64,000 bases of DNA from an uncultured Bacilli bacterium (GTDB taxonomy: Bacteria; Bacillota_I; Bacilli_A; RF39; UBA660): contig CALVKM010000002.1 in assembly GCA_944332705.1 (NCBI GenBank), forward strand, positions 10,746-74,745, in the 5' to 3' direction. Shown here one piece after another: positions 20,250 through 30,260 of this stretch. A program made the position numbers and the translations under genes. Numbering within the stretch: the stretch's first letter is position 1; the number at the start of each line of letters is the position of its first letter. The notes beneath the pieces were generated by a model that saw only the letters and a program-made list of their open reading frames with translations, ran no database searches and had not been told where the DNA came from.

Positions 20250-21224
20250 ATGATTTTAGGAGATAATTATATAACTTACTTAAAAAAATTAAAGAAAGAT
20301 GAATTAATTAATATAATAAACGATTATAACTCTTTAAGAGAAATATATGGTGGCATCAAAATAGAAACTAAAAATGCTAAAAAGGATAAATTAATTGATG
20401 ATATAGCAGAAATTCAAAATACTTATTTTAAATATGTTATAATGTCTCTAGATTTAGAAGATTATAATATTTTAAAACATTTAATGACTAAAAAAATAAA
20501 TAATGATTATTTATTAGAAAATAGAGTCTTTTTAAATTATCTAATTAGTAAATGTATTTTAATTCAAGAACAAGATCTAATTATACCTAAAGATACTAAG
20601 GCTTTAATTAGTAATTTATTAAAGGATAAAGAAGTTATAACTTATATTAAAAAATGGGATCGAATTTATAAATTAGTTGATGGGGTAATTATTGCTTACG
20701 GAGTAGTTGATAGAAAATATTTTGATATCATAATTAGTGGTATTCTTGATAAAGAATTAATTATTCCTAAAATGAACTATTATTATAAAAAAGAATATAA
20801 AATAGATAATAAAAAGATTATTAGTACTAAATTATCTAATAAAAAAAGAATTGATAGTTATTTAAAAAATAAAAAATATAAATATTTTACTAACAAAGAT
20901 TATTGCTTATTAGGAAGTTCAATATATCATCATAATATTAAAAGTTATAAAAAATTTATTAAAATGTTAAAAAGTAATTATATATTTAGAAATAAAGATA
21001 TAGAATTTGTTGATAAGTTTATAGTTATTCCATATTTATATAATTCTCTAAATGAAGAAGAAGTTGCTAAAGAGAATCTAGAAGAAACAGTAACTAAATA
21101 TTTTGAGTTTAAGGGAGATAAATTAAAAACTAAAATGCTTAGTGAAATAATGAAAATAAGAGATGAATTTCCATTATGGGAATATCGGGGATTTAGTAAA
21201 ATGGAGGAGAAAAATGAAGAATAA
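20250..21224 (+). CDS. hypothetical protein
   Basis: Long Lys-rich ORF, IAYG and P.W..RG motifs. Confidence 0.65.
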   Translation: MILGDNYITYLKKLKKDELINIINDYNSLREIYGGIKIETKNAKKDKLIDDIAEIQNTYFKYVIMSLDLEDYNILKHLMTKKINNDYLLENRVFLNYLISKCILIQEQDLIIPKDTKALISNLLKDKEVITYIKKWDRIYKLVDGVIIAYGVVDRKYFDIIISGILDKELIIPKMNYYYKKEYKIDNKKIISTKLSNKKRIDSYLKNKKYKYFTNKDYCLLGSSIYHHNIKSYKKFIKMLKSNYIFRNKDIEFVDKFIVIPYLYNSLNEEEVAKENLEETVTKYFEFKGDKLKTKMLSEIMKIRDEFPLWEYRGFSKMEEKNEE

Positions 21225-21582
21225 TAGGGGAGCTGTATCAGTTGGTTTAATAGCCCTTTTAGCGGTTTTTACAGTTGGTTATTTTGCATTAGCCAATATG
21301 TTTTCTTATGATTTTGATGTGAATTATGAAGAAGATTTGTATGATTTAAAAATTGCTGCAATTGAAAAAAATGCTGTAATATATGCGGAAGGTCATGAAG
21401 AATTATTTGCAGAAACTAGTGATGTCTATATGACTGTTGAGGAACTTGCCTTAGCAAATGTTATTATTTCTAATTCAGAAGGTGTAGTGGAAGACCCTAG
21501 AAATAGTGAAGATACCCTAAATGATTTAAGAGTTAAAATTACTAATAAAGATGATGTAATAACTGCTGAGGTTTTAGCGTAA
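21214..21582 (+). CDS. hypothetical membrane-anchored (pilin-like N-terminus) protein
   Basis: GGAGG SD; MKNNRG followed by a hydrophobic helix. Confidence 0.6.
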   Translation: MKNNRGAVSVGLIALLAVFTVGYFALANMFSYDFDVNYEEDLYDLKIAAIEKNAVIYAEGHEELFAETSDVYMTVEELALANVIISNSEGVVEDPRNSEDTLNDLRVKITNKDDVITAEVLA

Positions 21583-21583
21583 A

Positions 21584-23476
21584 ATGGCAATTACTAAAAC
21601 TAATTTTATCAATTATAGTCGTTGTCCTAGATATGCGGCCTTAGAAGAAATAAAAAGTGAAAAACTGGATGCCGATATTACATATAAAGAATATAAACAC
21701 GAAGAAGAAAGCGAACAATTAAAAGAAATATTAGGTAGTATTTTTGAAGATGATACTTATGAAGTTGATTTAACTAATAAGGTCAATAAACAAATGGAAG
21801 CCATGATGCCTTATTATAAAATGGTCGAAATTGAAGCGGGCCGTATCACTAAAAAATATTTCGGTGGTAAAAGTACCTATGCAGAAGATACCTTTAGCCA
21901 AGAATCTTTTGAATTTAATAAAAACGGTATAAAATATATTTGTTATGTCGATATTTATAATGAGGTAGATAATGATATAAATATCATTGAAGTAAAAGCA
22001 ACAACATCTAATAAATATGTTAATCTAAAAGCAAATCATAAAAAGGGTGAAAAATATTCCATATTTCATTTTGACAAAGATAAAAATTGTTATTATTTAA
22101 AAGATGAAATAGAAGGCTATCCGCTTGATAGTGAAATGCCTTTGGATGCTTACCTAAAACAAAAAGAAAAATTATTTGATAGATATAGTTCTGTTGGATC
22201 TTACATTTTTGACTTAGCCATTCAAAGATTTATTTTAGAAGGTGAATACAAAGAATCACACAATGAAGAAAGATTAAAAAATGTTCACTATTATTTAGCG
22301 GTACTTAATCACAACTATGTTTTTGATGGTACTTATGAAGGTAAAAAAGCTATTTACAATCCTGATAATGAAGGAAATGAAATAGTAGTATTTTTTGATT
22401 TAACCAAAGTTACTGAAGAATACCAAAATATTATCAAGCAAACTGAGGCAAGCCTAGAAGAATATCTCTTTAATTTAAATGCGTCTCCATGTCCAATGGG
22501 TAAGTGGTGTGAAAGAAAAAAAGTCAAAGAATGTATTTACCTAGGTCCTGTCTGCGGTAAAATGATTCCCGCTAAAAATTCTTGTTTAAATTACTTAAAT
22601 AATGGTTTTGGTTTTAAAACTTTAGATGGCGAAAGATTAAAAGGTTTAGAACTAATCAATGCCGGATATATTAATATGTTAGATATACCAGAAGAATGGA
22701 TTACGAGTAAAAAACATGAAATTCAAAGAGACTCACTAAGATTTAATAAGCCTTATATTGATACCGAAAAAATAAGAGCAGGTCTAAATGCTCTAGAATA
22801 TCCGATATATCACTTGGATTTTGAAACAATGCCTTGTCCAATGCCAAGATTTCGCGGGGAAAAACCTTATATTCAATCGCCATTTGAATTTAGTTTACAT
22901 ATCGAACATGCTCCAGGTGTATGTGATAAAGAAAAAGATAATTATATCTTTTTAGCTAAAACTTTTGATAATGATGAAAGAGAAGAATTAGTCAAAGCTT
23001 TGTGTAAATATATTAATCCTGATAAAGGCACTTTATTTGCGCAAAATGTTGCTTTTGAAAAAGGCCGTATTAAAGAATTAGCAGCCATATTTCCAGAATA
23101 TCGCGAGAAACTCATGAAAATGTATAATCGGGGTTTTGACCTGCTTTGGTTAGTTAATACTAAAACTGAACTTTATGAAGAATTAGGTTTTGATAAAGAA
23201 AGGGCAAGCCTCCCAAATTATTACAACAAAGATTTAAGTGGTTCTTATTCTATCAAAAAAACTTTACCAGTTTTTAGTGATTTATCCTACAAAGACTTGA
23301 CAGTTAAAAACGGAACTGAAGCGATTGTTGCTTATGCTAGTTATAATAAAATGACAAAAGAAGAATATGATTTATATTATGAAGCCCTAAGAATTTATTG
23401 TCAGCAAGATACTTGGGCAATGGTTGTAATTTTACAAGCTTTAAGAGAATTATGTCAAATTAGTGTCAAATCTTAA
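21584..23476 (+). CDS. DUF2779-domain protein (PD-(D/E)XK + RNase H-like exonuclease)
   Basis: VDIY..IIEVK, Cys cluster, LDFET, FEK, SYSIKK, YCQQD. Confidence 0.78.
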   Translation: MAITKTNFINYSRCPRYAALEEIKSEKLDADITYKEYKHEEESEQLKEILGSIFEDDTYEVDLTNKVNKQMEAMMPYYKMVEIEAGRITKKYFGGKSTYAEDTFSQESFEFNKNGIKYICYVDIYNEVDNDINIIEVKATTSNKYVNLKANHKKGEKYSIFHFDKDKNCYYLKDEIEGYPLDSEMPLDAYLKQKEKLFDRYSSVGSYIFDLAIQRFILEGEYKESHNEERLKNVHYYLAVLNHNYVFDGTYEGKKAIYNPDNEGNEIVVFFDLTKVTEEYQNIIKQTEASLEEYLFNLNASPCPMGKWCERKKVKECIYLGPVCGKMIPAKNSCLNYLNNGFGFKTLDGERLKGLELINAGYINMLDIPEEWITSKKHEIQRDSLRFNKPYIDTEKIRAGLNALEYPIYHLDFETMPCPMPRFRGEKPYIQSPFEFSLHIEHAPGVCDKEKDNYIFLAKTFDNDEREELVKALCKYINPDKGTLFAQNVAFEKGRIKELAAIFPEYREKLMKMYNRGFDLLWLVNTKTELYEELGFDKERASLPNYYNKDLSGSYSIKKTLPVFSDLSYKDLTVKNGTEAIVAYASYNKMTKEEYDLYYEALRIYCQQDTWAMVVILQALRELCQISVKS

Positions 23477-23541
23477 ACTTTTTGTTGATTTTACTTTTCA
23501 AAGTGGGTATTATATATATTAAAGAGAGAGGAGTGAGAAAG

Positions 23542-23745
23542 GTGTTATATCCATCAATTGATAAATTACTTAATATCGTTGATTCTAAGTACAAATTAGT
23601 ACATGTTGCATCAATTAGAAGTAAACAAATGTTAGAAACAAAACACTTTCAAATGAAAGAATCTGAGTACAAAAACAAAAGGGAATTAGGTCGTGCCCTA
23701 GAAGAAGTTGAAGCAGGCTTAATAAAAATTGTGGAAGAACATTAA
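23542..23745 (+). CDS. rpoZ: RNA polymerase omega subunit
   Basis: LYPSIDKLL..VDSKYKLV..R..Q..ALEE. Confidence 0.9.
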   Translation: MLYPSIDKLLNIVDSKYKLVHVASIRSKQMLETKHFQMKESEYKNKRELGRALEEVEAGLIKIVEEH

Positions 23746-23793
23746 TTTAGCCCTTGATTATTTTACCGATATATGGTAAGATATTCTTGTTCT

Positions 23794-23870
23794 GGGGAAT
23801 TAGCTCAGCTGGCTAGAGCACCACGCTTGCACCGTGGGGGTCGCGGGTTCGAATCCCACATTCTCCACCA
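23794..23870 (+). tRNA. tRNA-Ala(TGC)
   Basis: G3:U70, anticodon arm CCACG-CTTGCAC-CGTGG, TTCGAAT loop, CCA. Confidence 0.96.
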
Positions 23871-23924
23871 GATTGATATTTAAGTCCTATCTTTAGGGCT
23901 TTTTATTTTAAAAAAAGAACTAAA

Positions 23925-24386
23925 TCATTCTGACTTAGTTCTTTTTCTGGTTCTGCTTTTATATTTTTCTATTTCTTCTTTTACTAAAGATATAGGTATA
24001 GTTTGGGTATTATCTCTTTTAGAAATAATTTCACAAAAAGCACTATTATATAATATATCTTCACTAATATTTAAATAATTAAGTTCATCATTATCTAAAA
24101 TATCAAAGGATTTTTGGAGTATTTCTTCTTTTGATATTTTAGATAATACATTTGGAACAAATATTCTACTAGGAATTATAAGACTAGCACTATCATTAGA
24201 TTCAATAACTACTTGTCTTCCTGTAATAAAATCCGTATATAAGTAACCGGATTCATAAGGATAAAGACGCTCTAAAAGTAGTGTTGCATTACTAATTTTT
24301 TCTTTAGTAAAATAGATACTATCCTCATTACTATGTCTTACCCATGCATCCGCATCAATAATTTTTAATTCATAAAATTCATTCAT
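23925..24386 (-). CDS. hypothetical protein
   Basis: GGGTGA SD before MNEF; basic C-terminus. Confidence 0.6.
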   Translation of the reverse strand: MNEFYELKIIDADAWVRHSNEDSIYFTKEKISNATLLLERLYPYESGYLYTDFITGRQVVIESNDSASLIIPSRIFVPNVLSKISKEEILQKSFDILDNDELNYLNISEDILYNSAFCEIISKRDNTQTIPISLVKEEIEKYKSRTRKRTKSE

Positions 24387-24463
24387 TTTAATCACCCAAT
24401 TAATTGTACTCTTATTTATTAAATAAGTAAAGAGCAAAAAATTATTTTAAAAAATAATTGACA

Positions 24464-24480
24464 AGTGTAAAAAATACGCA
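24464..24480. promoter_or_regulatory. NrtR-type operator within TTGACA-17-TATAAT promoter
   Basis: AGTGT-AAAAAAT-ACGCA (GT-N7-AC). Confidence 0.65.
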
Positions 24481-24508
24481 TATAATTATAGTAGGAAGGA
24501 GAATGATA

Positions 24509-25183
24509 ATGGAAGTTAATAATCCACTATATAAAAGGCAAGGCCTACATGTAATCACTGCCATTTTTACAGTGGATAAGGGAATGGTAAAAGTACTTCT
24601 CATTAGAAGAAAAAATGAGCCATATAAAAATATGTGGGCTTTAGTTGGGGGAGCACTTTATAACAATGAAACATTACTTGCAGGTGCTAAAAGAGAAATT
24701 AAAGAAAAGGTTGGCATAGAAAATATTGATTTATATACTGCTGGTATTTTTGATAAGGTTGATAGATCTCCAGTAATGCGTATGATAGCTATTGCTTATA
24801 TTGGAGTAATTGATCGCTATAGAGTTAAAATCTTAACAAAAACTCTAAAGACTGATGATGCCAAATGGTTTGATATATCGGATATTCCAAAACTTGCATA
24901 TGATCATAATGATATTTTAAACTCTTGTCTTGAAGAACTTAAAAAGAAAATATTAGATACAGATGTCTTAAAATCATTATTTATCAAAGGATTTACTATT
25001 CCTGAGTTGCAAAAAGTATATGAAACAATATTGGAAACCAAATTTGATCGTCGAAATTTTCGCAAAAAGATTCTTAGTTTAGATTTAATCACAGAAACGG
25101 ATTTGACGGAAAATTTTGAAGGAAATAAACCCGCTAAAGTATATAAGTTTAAAAATAATAAAAAAGGTAAAAATGTATTTTAA
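24509..25183 (+). CDS. nrtR: NrtR-family regulator (NUDIX + wHTH)
   Basis: Degenerate Nudix box, LAYDH, FTIPELQKVYE, RRNFRKK. Confidence 0.85.
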   Translation: MEVNNPLYKRQGLHVITAIFTVDKGMVKVLLIRRKNEPYKNMWALVGGALYNNETLLAGAKREIKEKVGIENIDLYTAGIFDKVDRSPVMRMIAIAYIGVIDRYRVKILTKTLKTDDAKWFDISDIPKLAYDHNDILNSCLEELKKKILDTDVLKSLFIKGFTIPELQKVYETILETKFDRRNFRKKILSLDLITETDLTENFEGNKPAKVYKFKNNKKGKNVF

Positions 25184-25210
25184 ATATACATTTTTAAAAA
25201 TTGAATTTAA

Positions 25211-25227
25211 TGCGTAAATGATACGCA
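25211..25227. promoter_or_regulatory. NrtR-type operator
   Basis: Perfect palindrome TGCGTA-N5-TACGCA (GT-N7-AC). Confidence 0.7.
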
Positions 25228-25243
25228 AATATAAGGAGGATAA

Positions 25244-27268
25244 ATGAAAGTAATAAATGATATATGGGGAAAAATTACCATTGATGATAAATATGAAAAA
25301 ATTATTAATACTAAAGAATTTAATGATATGAAACAAAAAAGTCAACTTGGTTTAAATACAAATCCTAATGCAATACACACAAGATATCAACATAGTTTAG
25401 GGGTTTATTATTTAGCTTGTAAATTAATTGAAATATGTAAGAAAAAATTTAATAGTACTTTATCAATTACCAAAGAAGATGAAGAAGCAATTAAATGTAT
25501 GGTTCTAGTACATGATATTGGACATGGTTGCTTCTCACATGTATCCGAGCAATTTTTACTGGGGACTCATGAAAATAGAACAATTGAAATATTACTTGAT
25601 GAAAATAGTGAAATCCATCAAGTTGTTGTTGAAAATTTTGGGGAAGTTGTTTTACAAAAAATAATAGATTTAATTAAAATGAAAGAAGACATTAAGGGTA
25701 ATAATTATGATAGTAATGATAATAATTTGAGTATGATTTTAGCCAAATTACTATCTGGAGGAATTGATATTGATAGAATAGATTATATATTTAGAGATTC
25801 CTTTTATGTTACTGGTGAAAGAAATGACTTTTCAGCTATTTTAGACAATATAGATTTAGAATATATTGATGATTCTTTAGAAATAGTTTATGATGCCAAA
25901 GCTGAATATTTAATTGCTAATTTCTTTAATAAAAGATTTGAACTATATGATACTATTTATTTTGGAAAAAATACTCGAGTGTTGGAAGCGATTTTTGGCA
26001 ATTTCATAAAAGAATTAGGTTTTCAATTTACTTGGAATACAACGGAGGTAGAAATTCAAAACTTATTTAGAGAAAATCTAAATAATCCAGATCCTATAAT
26101 AAGTCGTTATGCTAAACTTTTATATAATAGACAAAATGATGAACATTTTATTATTGCGGAAATAAATAATCAAGAAAAATATGAGTATTATTGTGCTGAA
26201 TTATTTTCAAAAGTACCAATATTAGCTAATTATCCGGAATGCTTTTTAGAATCAAATTGTAAATCAAGTATATATAGCGGCAATAAAATATTTATTAGAA
26301 AGGATGGCTTGATTAAAGATATATCAGAATGTTCTAAAATTCTTAATTCCGAATTAAAAAAAGAAAAATATATTTTAGGAATTGATTTAGATTTATTAAA
26401 AACTTTATTAAAAAAGGATGGCAGAAGTCCTGAAGAAATAAAAGATATAATTAAAGAAACTTTAAAAGCTACCGCAAATGAAATTGAACAAGAAAAAAAA
26501 TACGTTTTTACAGATGAAGCAAATATCAAACCTACAGAAGGCTTTAAAATAGTTAGAGATGAACTTGGTTTAGGAGAAGCACAATATATCGAAAATGTTG
26601 ATACTTATTATGATTGTGAAGGTATATTAGAGAAATATCGAATTAATGTAAGAAGGAGAGTTAGTAATGGGGATGAAGAATGGACGGTAAAAAGGCCATT
26701 AAATGATAAAACATCTATTTCTAAGAGAATTGAAAAAAATTTTAAATCTTTAGAAGATGTATTAGCATTTTTGCAAAAAGAATGGAATATTCCAATAAAT
26801 CATTTAGAAGAAACATTAACATTAAAAACTCTAAGAGCTAAATATAATTTAGATTATAATAATGGTTTATTTGAAATAGTGTTTGATAAAACAACTCCTT
26901 TTGTAAATGGAGAAGTATTAAAGCCTAATTATATGATCGAATGTGAACTAAAAAAAGGTAATTCTAGTGGTTTATTTCTAATTAATAGAGTTATTAGTAA
27001 ATTAAATTTTATTAAAGAATGTAAGTTTTCTAAAAAGGAAATTGCTATGATGCAAAGTAAACATGAAATGCCTTTGCAAGATGTTCAAGAATATCGGAGA
27101 CAAACTGTGCCTAATTATAGTTATGATTCAGACAGTGATATTAAATTGCAAAAAGACTATTTTGAACAAATGACGAAAATATCGCTAGATATTCCGATAC
27201 CTGAAGATAATCCATTTTTTACTGAGCATAAAGACCTAACTAGAAATAGAAGAAAGAAAAAAGAGTAA
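25244..27268 (+). CDS. HD-domain (dNTP triphosphohydrolase-like) protein fused to C-terminal CYTH domain
   Basis: HTRYQHSLGV, HDIGHG.FSH, DIDRIDY..RD; then EQEKK, DTYYD, VRRR, EIVFD, IECELK, SK. Confidence 0.8.
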   Translation: MKVINDIWGKITIDDKYEKIINTKEFNDMKQKSQLGLNTNPNAIHTRYQHSLGVYYLACKLIEICKKKFNSTLSITKEDEEAIKCMVLVHDIGHGCFSHVSEQFLLGTHENRTIEILLDENSEIHQVVVENFGEVVLQKIIDLIKMKEDIKGNNYDSNDNNLSMILAKLLSGGIDIDRIDYIFRDSFYVTGERNDFSAILDNIDLEYIDDSLEIVYDAKAEYLIANFFNKRFELYDTIYFGKNTRVLEAIFGNFIKELGFQFTWNTTEVEIQNLFRENLNNPDPIISRYAKLLYNRQNDEHFIIAEINNQEKYEYYCAELFSKVPILANYPECFLESNCKSSIYSGNKIFIRKDGLIKDISECSKILNSELKKEKYILGIDLDLLKTLLKKDGRSPEEIKDIIKETLKATANEIEQEKKYVFTDEANIKPTEGFKIVRDELGLGEAQYIENVDTYYDCEGILEKYRINVRRRVSNGDEEWTVKRPLNDKTSISKRIEKNFKSLEDVLAFLQKEWNIPINHLEETLTLKTLRAKYNLDYNNGLFEIVFDKTTPFVNGEVLKPNYMIECELKKGNSSGLFLINRVISKLNFIKECKFSKKEIAMMQSKHEMPLQDVQEYRRQTVPNYSYDSDSDIKLQKDYFEQMTKISLDIPIPEDNPFFTEHKDLTRNRRKKKE

Positions 27269-27317
27269 ACTCTTTATATTTAACCATTTTTTTGATATAA
27301 TCTTTATGTGTGGTAAT

Positions 27318-28037
27318 ATGAATTCAGAAAAAATAGGTAAATTTATTTATGATTTAAGAAAGAAATATAATTTAACTCAAAAAGAGTTAGCGGATAAACT
27401 TAATGTAACTGCCCAAGCTGTTTCTAAATGGGAAAATGGGCGTGGTGTACCAGATATCGAACTTTTGAAAAAATTAAGTGAAGAATTTGATGTAAGTATT
27501 ACAGAATTAATCGAAGGTGAAGAAAAAAATAATGGTAAAAAAATAGCCACTTTTGTAGCTATAGGACTAGTTGTTCTATCAATTTGTACAACTATCTTTG
27601 GTCTTTATGTATCACAAGATCAAGATTCATTCAATTTTTCATCTCTTACATGTAGCAATGATTCTTTTGATATTGAAGGGGTTATTGCTTATAACAATAG
27701 TAAAAAATCTATTTATATTTCGGATATAAATTATTGTGGAGAAGCTGAAGAACCAAAATTTGTAGCTGTAGAATGCATTTTATATGAAAAACATGAAAAT
27801 GATGAATCGAGAATTGCTAAATATGGTAGTTTGAATAAGAAAAATGCTGAAAGTTATAATTTATCTTATTATTTAGATGAAATAAGATTTAATATAAATA
27901 ATTTTAGTTTTAATAATTATTCTTGTACTTGTGATAGTGTTTGTGAAAATATTTATATAAGAATTAATGGATTAACTACTGATGATAATGTTATAACTTA
28001 TGATATTCCTCTAGAAGTTTTACCAGATTGTGAGTAG
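27318..28037 (+). CDS. XRE HTH protein with TM and extracellular domain
   Basis: TQKELA..QAVSKWENG HTH, then TM. Confidence 0.85.
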   Translation: MNSEKIGKFIYDLRKKYNLTQKELADKLNVTAQAVSKWENGRGVPDIELLKKLSEEFDVSITELIEGEEKNNGKKIATFVAIGLVVLSICTTIFGLYVSQDQDSFNFSSLTCSNDSFDIEGVIAYNNSKKSIYISDINYCGEAEEPKFVAVECILYEKHENDESRIAKYGSLNKKNAESYNLSYYLDEIRFNINNFSFNNYSCTCDSVCENIYIRINGLTTDDNVITYDIPLEVLPDCE

Positions 28038-28126
28038 GTAAACGGAAAGTTTAGTGAAATAAACTTAATGTTTATTGACAACATTACTAATTTAATGATA
28101 CTCTTTGTATGTGGAGGGAAAAGTGT

Positions 28127-28738
28127 ATGAAAAATAAAGGATTAATTATTAGTCTTGTTGCTATAATTGTAATTTTAATTGGAGTAGTAGTTTTCTTACT
28201 TGTTCGTGATAATAATGAAGAAAATGTTGAAGCAACTCCAACTGATGCTGAAAAGTTTGCAGAAGAATACTCAAGCATGCCTGATGATAATGTCTTTACT
28301 TATGCTACTGTTGATGAAATCATTGATGTTTTAGATGGTGGTAGTGGTATAGTTTATTTAGGTTTTCCAGAATGTCAGTGGTGTGGGGCATATGTTCCAT
28401 ATTTAAATGAAGTAGCTGAAGATGTGGGTATAAGTGAAATACTTTATTATAATATTAGAGAAGACCGAAGTAACAACTCCGAAAATTATCAAAAAATAGT
28501 AGAATTACTTGCTGGCTATTTAACAGATGATGAAGAAGGTAACCCAAGAATTTATGTTCCGGCGGTAATATTTGTTAATAATGGTACTATCGTAGGTTTT
28601 GATGATGAAACTTCACTTGATACTGGTGGATTTACAAATCCTGACGATTACTGGACTGAAGAAGAAGTTAATGATTTAAAATCTCGTTTAACAAGTTACA
28701 TGCAAAGTTGCACAATATGCATAGATTGTAACAGTTAG
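28127..28738 (+). CDS. membrane-anchored thioredoxin-fold protein
   Basis: N-terminal TM, GFPECQWC, YVP cis-Pro motif. Confidence 0.75.
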   Translation: MKNKGLIISLVAIIVILIGVVVFLLVRDNNEENVEATPTDAEKFAEEYSSMPDDNVFTYATVDEIIDVLDGGSGIVYLGFPECQWCGAYVPYLNEVAEDVGISEILYYNIREDRSNNSENYQKIVELLAGYLTDDEEGNPRIYVPAVIFVNNGTIVGFDDETSLDTGGFTNPDDYWTEEEVNDLKSRLTSYMQSCTICIDCNS

Positions 28739-28775
28739 TACTTGAAAAAAAGTTCAAGCATATGATATAATACTA

Positions 28776-28899
28776 GCAATCAGTGATGAATGGAATTTAC
28801 GACTCCAGAGCTGATGCGTTTAATCCGCGTTAAGGAAAATCAAGTTAAAAAAAGGATGGTACCGTGCTAATGCACTCCTTTGTGGTACCATCCTTTTTT
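28776..28899 (+). promoter_or_regulatory. T-box riboswitch (Tyr), ultrashort Stem I
   Basis: Antiterminator AAGGA-TGGTACC-GTGC-TAAT-GCAC-TCCTT; TAC codon at 28798-28800; upstream of tyrS. Confidence 0.8.
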
Positions 28900-28923
28900 A
28901 AATTTTAGAAAGAAGGAAATTTT

Positions 28924-30168
28924 ATGACAGTATTTGAAGATTTAAAATGGCGAGGACTTATTAATGATGTTACTAGTCCTGATGTTGAAGAAGCTATTAA
29001 CAAAGGAGGTCTGAAGTTTTATATTGGGGTAGACCCAACTGGTGATAGTCTTCATATAGGACATTATTGTACCGTAATTGCCACATCTAAAAGATTACTT
29101 GAAGCTGGACACACTCCAATAATTATTGCTGGTGGTGGTACAGGTTTAATCGGAGATCCTAAACCTAATGTTGAACGCCCAATGATTAGCAAAGAAGCGG
29201 TTGCTCATAATATTGAATGTATTAAAAATCAAGTTAGTACTATTTTAGGAAGCAATGTAGAAATTGTTAATAATGCTGATTGGCTTTGTAATATGCAAGC
29301 AATCGATTACTTAAGAGATTATGGTAAATACTTTAATATTAATTACATGCTTGCTAAAGATACCGTAAAAAGAAGATTAGATATTGGTATTACTTATACA
29401 GAATTTTCTTATATGATATTGCAATCAATTGACTTTTTAAAACTTTTCGAAGAACACGGTGTAACAATGCAAGTCGGAGGTCAAGACCAATGGGGAAATA
29501 TCACTTCAGGTTTAGAATTAATTCGTAAAATTCATGGGGCTGATGTTAAATGTTATGGCTTTACAGTACCTCTAATAACTCGGGCTGATGGCACTAAATT
29601 TGGTAAAAGTGAATCTGGTGAAGCATTATGGTTAGATATAAATAAAACATCAAGTTATGAATTATATCAATACTTTATTAATACCGAAGATGAAAAAGTA
29701 ATTGAATACTTGAAAAAATTAACATTCTTAAGTAAAGAAGAAATAGAAGCTCTAGAAAAAGAAGTTAAAGAACATCCAGAAGAAAGAAAAGCTCAAAAAG
29801 CTTTAGCAAAAGAGATGATTACTTTCTTACATGGTAAAGAAGAATATGAAAAAGCTTTAAATATTAGTGAATCTTTATTCTCTGATAAAATATGGAATTT
29901 ATCAAGTGATGAAATAATTTCTTCAATTAAAGATGTTCCAACATTTGAAGTAGAAGATAATACAAGTTTAATAGATATGCTTGTAAATAACAAAATTGTA
30001 AGCAGTAAAAGAGAAGCTCGCGAAATGATTAGTGGTAATGCTATAAGTATTAATAACAAAAAAGAAACTGATTTAGAAAAAATAATAACTAAGAGTGATG
30101 CCATTGATGAAAAAGTATTGCTGATAAAGAAGGGTAAGAAAAATTACTTTTTAGGACTTATGAAATAA
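28924..30168 (+). CDS. tyrS: tyrosyl-tRNA synthetase
   Basis: DPTG.SLHIGH, QVGGQDQWGNI, KFGKS, C-terminal S4. Confidence 0.97.
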   Translation: MTVFEDLKWRGLINDVTSPDVEEAINKGGLKFYIGVDPTGDSLHIGHYCTVIATSKRLLEAGHTPIIIAGGGTGLIGDPKPNVERPMISKEAVAHNIECIKNQVSTILGSNVEIVNNADWLCNMQAIDYLRDYGKYFNINYMLAKDTVKRRLDIGITYTEFSYMILQSIDFLKLFEEHGVTMQVGGQDQWGNITSGLELIRKIHGADVKCYGFTVPLITRADGTKFGKSESGEALWLDINKTSSYELYQYFINTEDEKVIEYLKKLTFLSKEEIEALEKEVKEHPEERKAQKALAKEMITFLHGKEEYEKALNISESLFSDKIWNLSSDEIISSIKDVPTFEVEDNTSLIDMLVNNKIVSSKREAREMISGNAISINNKKETDLEKIITKSDAIDEKVLLIKKGKKNYFLGLMK

Positions 30169-30185
30169 TAAGTCTTTTTTTTTAT

Positions 30186-30251
30186 TGATATATCTTGAAT
30201 TTGAATATAAAAATTGATATATTGTAATTGCAATAATTTATATTTTGGAGG
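30186..30251 (+). repeat. 66-bp direct repeat copy 1 (promoter + RBS)
   Basis: Near-identical to 31288-31353. Confidence 0.85.
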
Positions 30252-30260
30252 TTGTACGCA

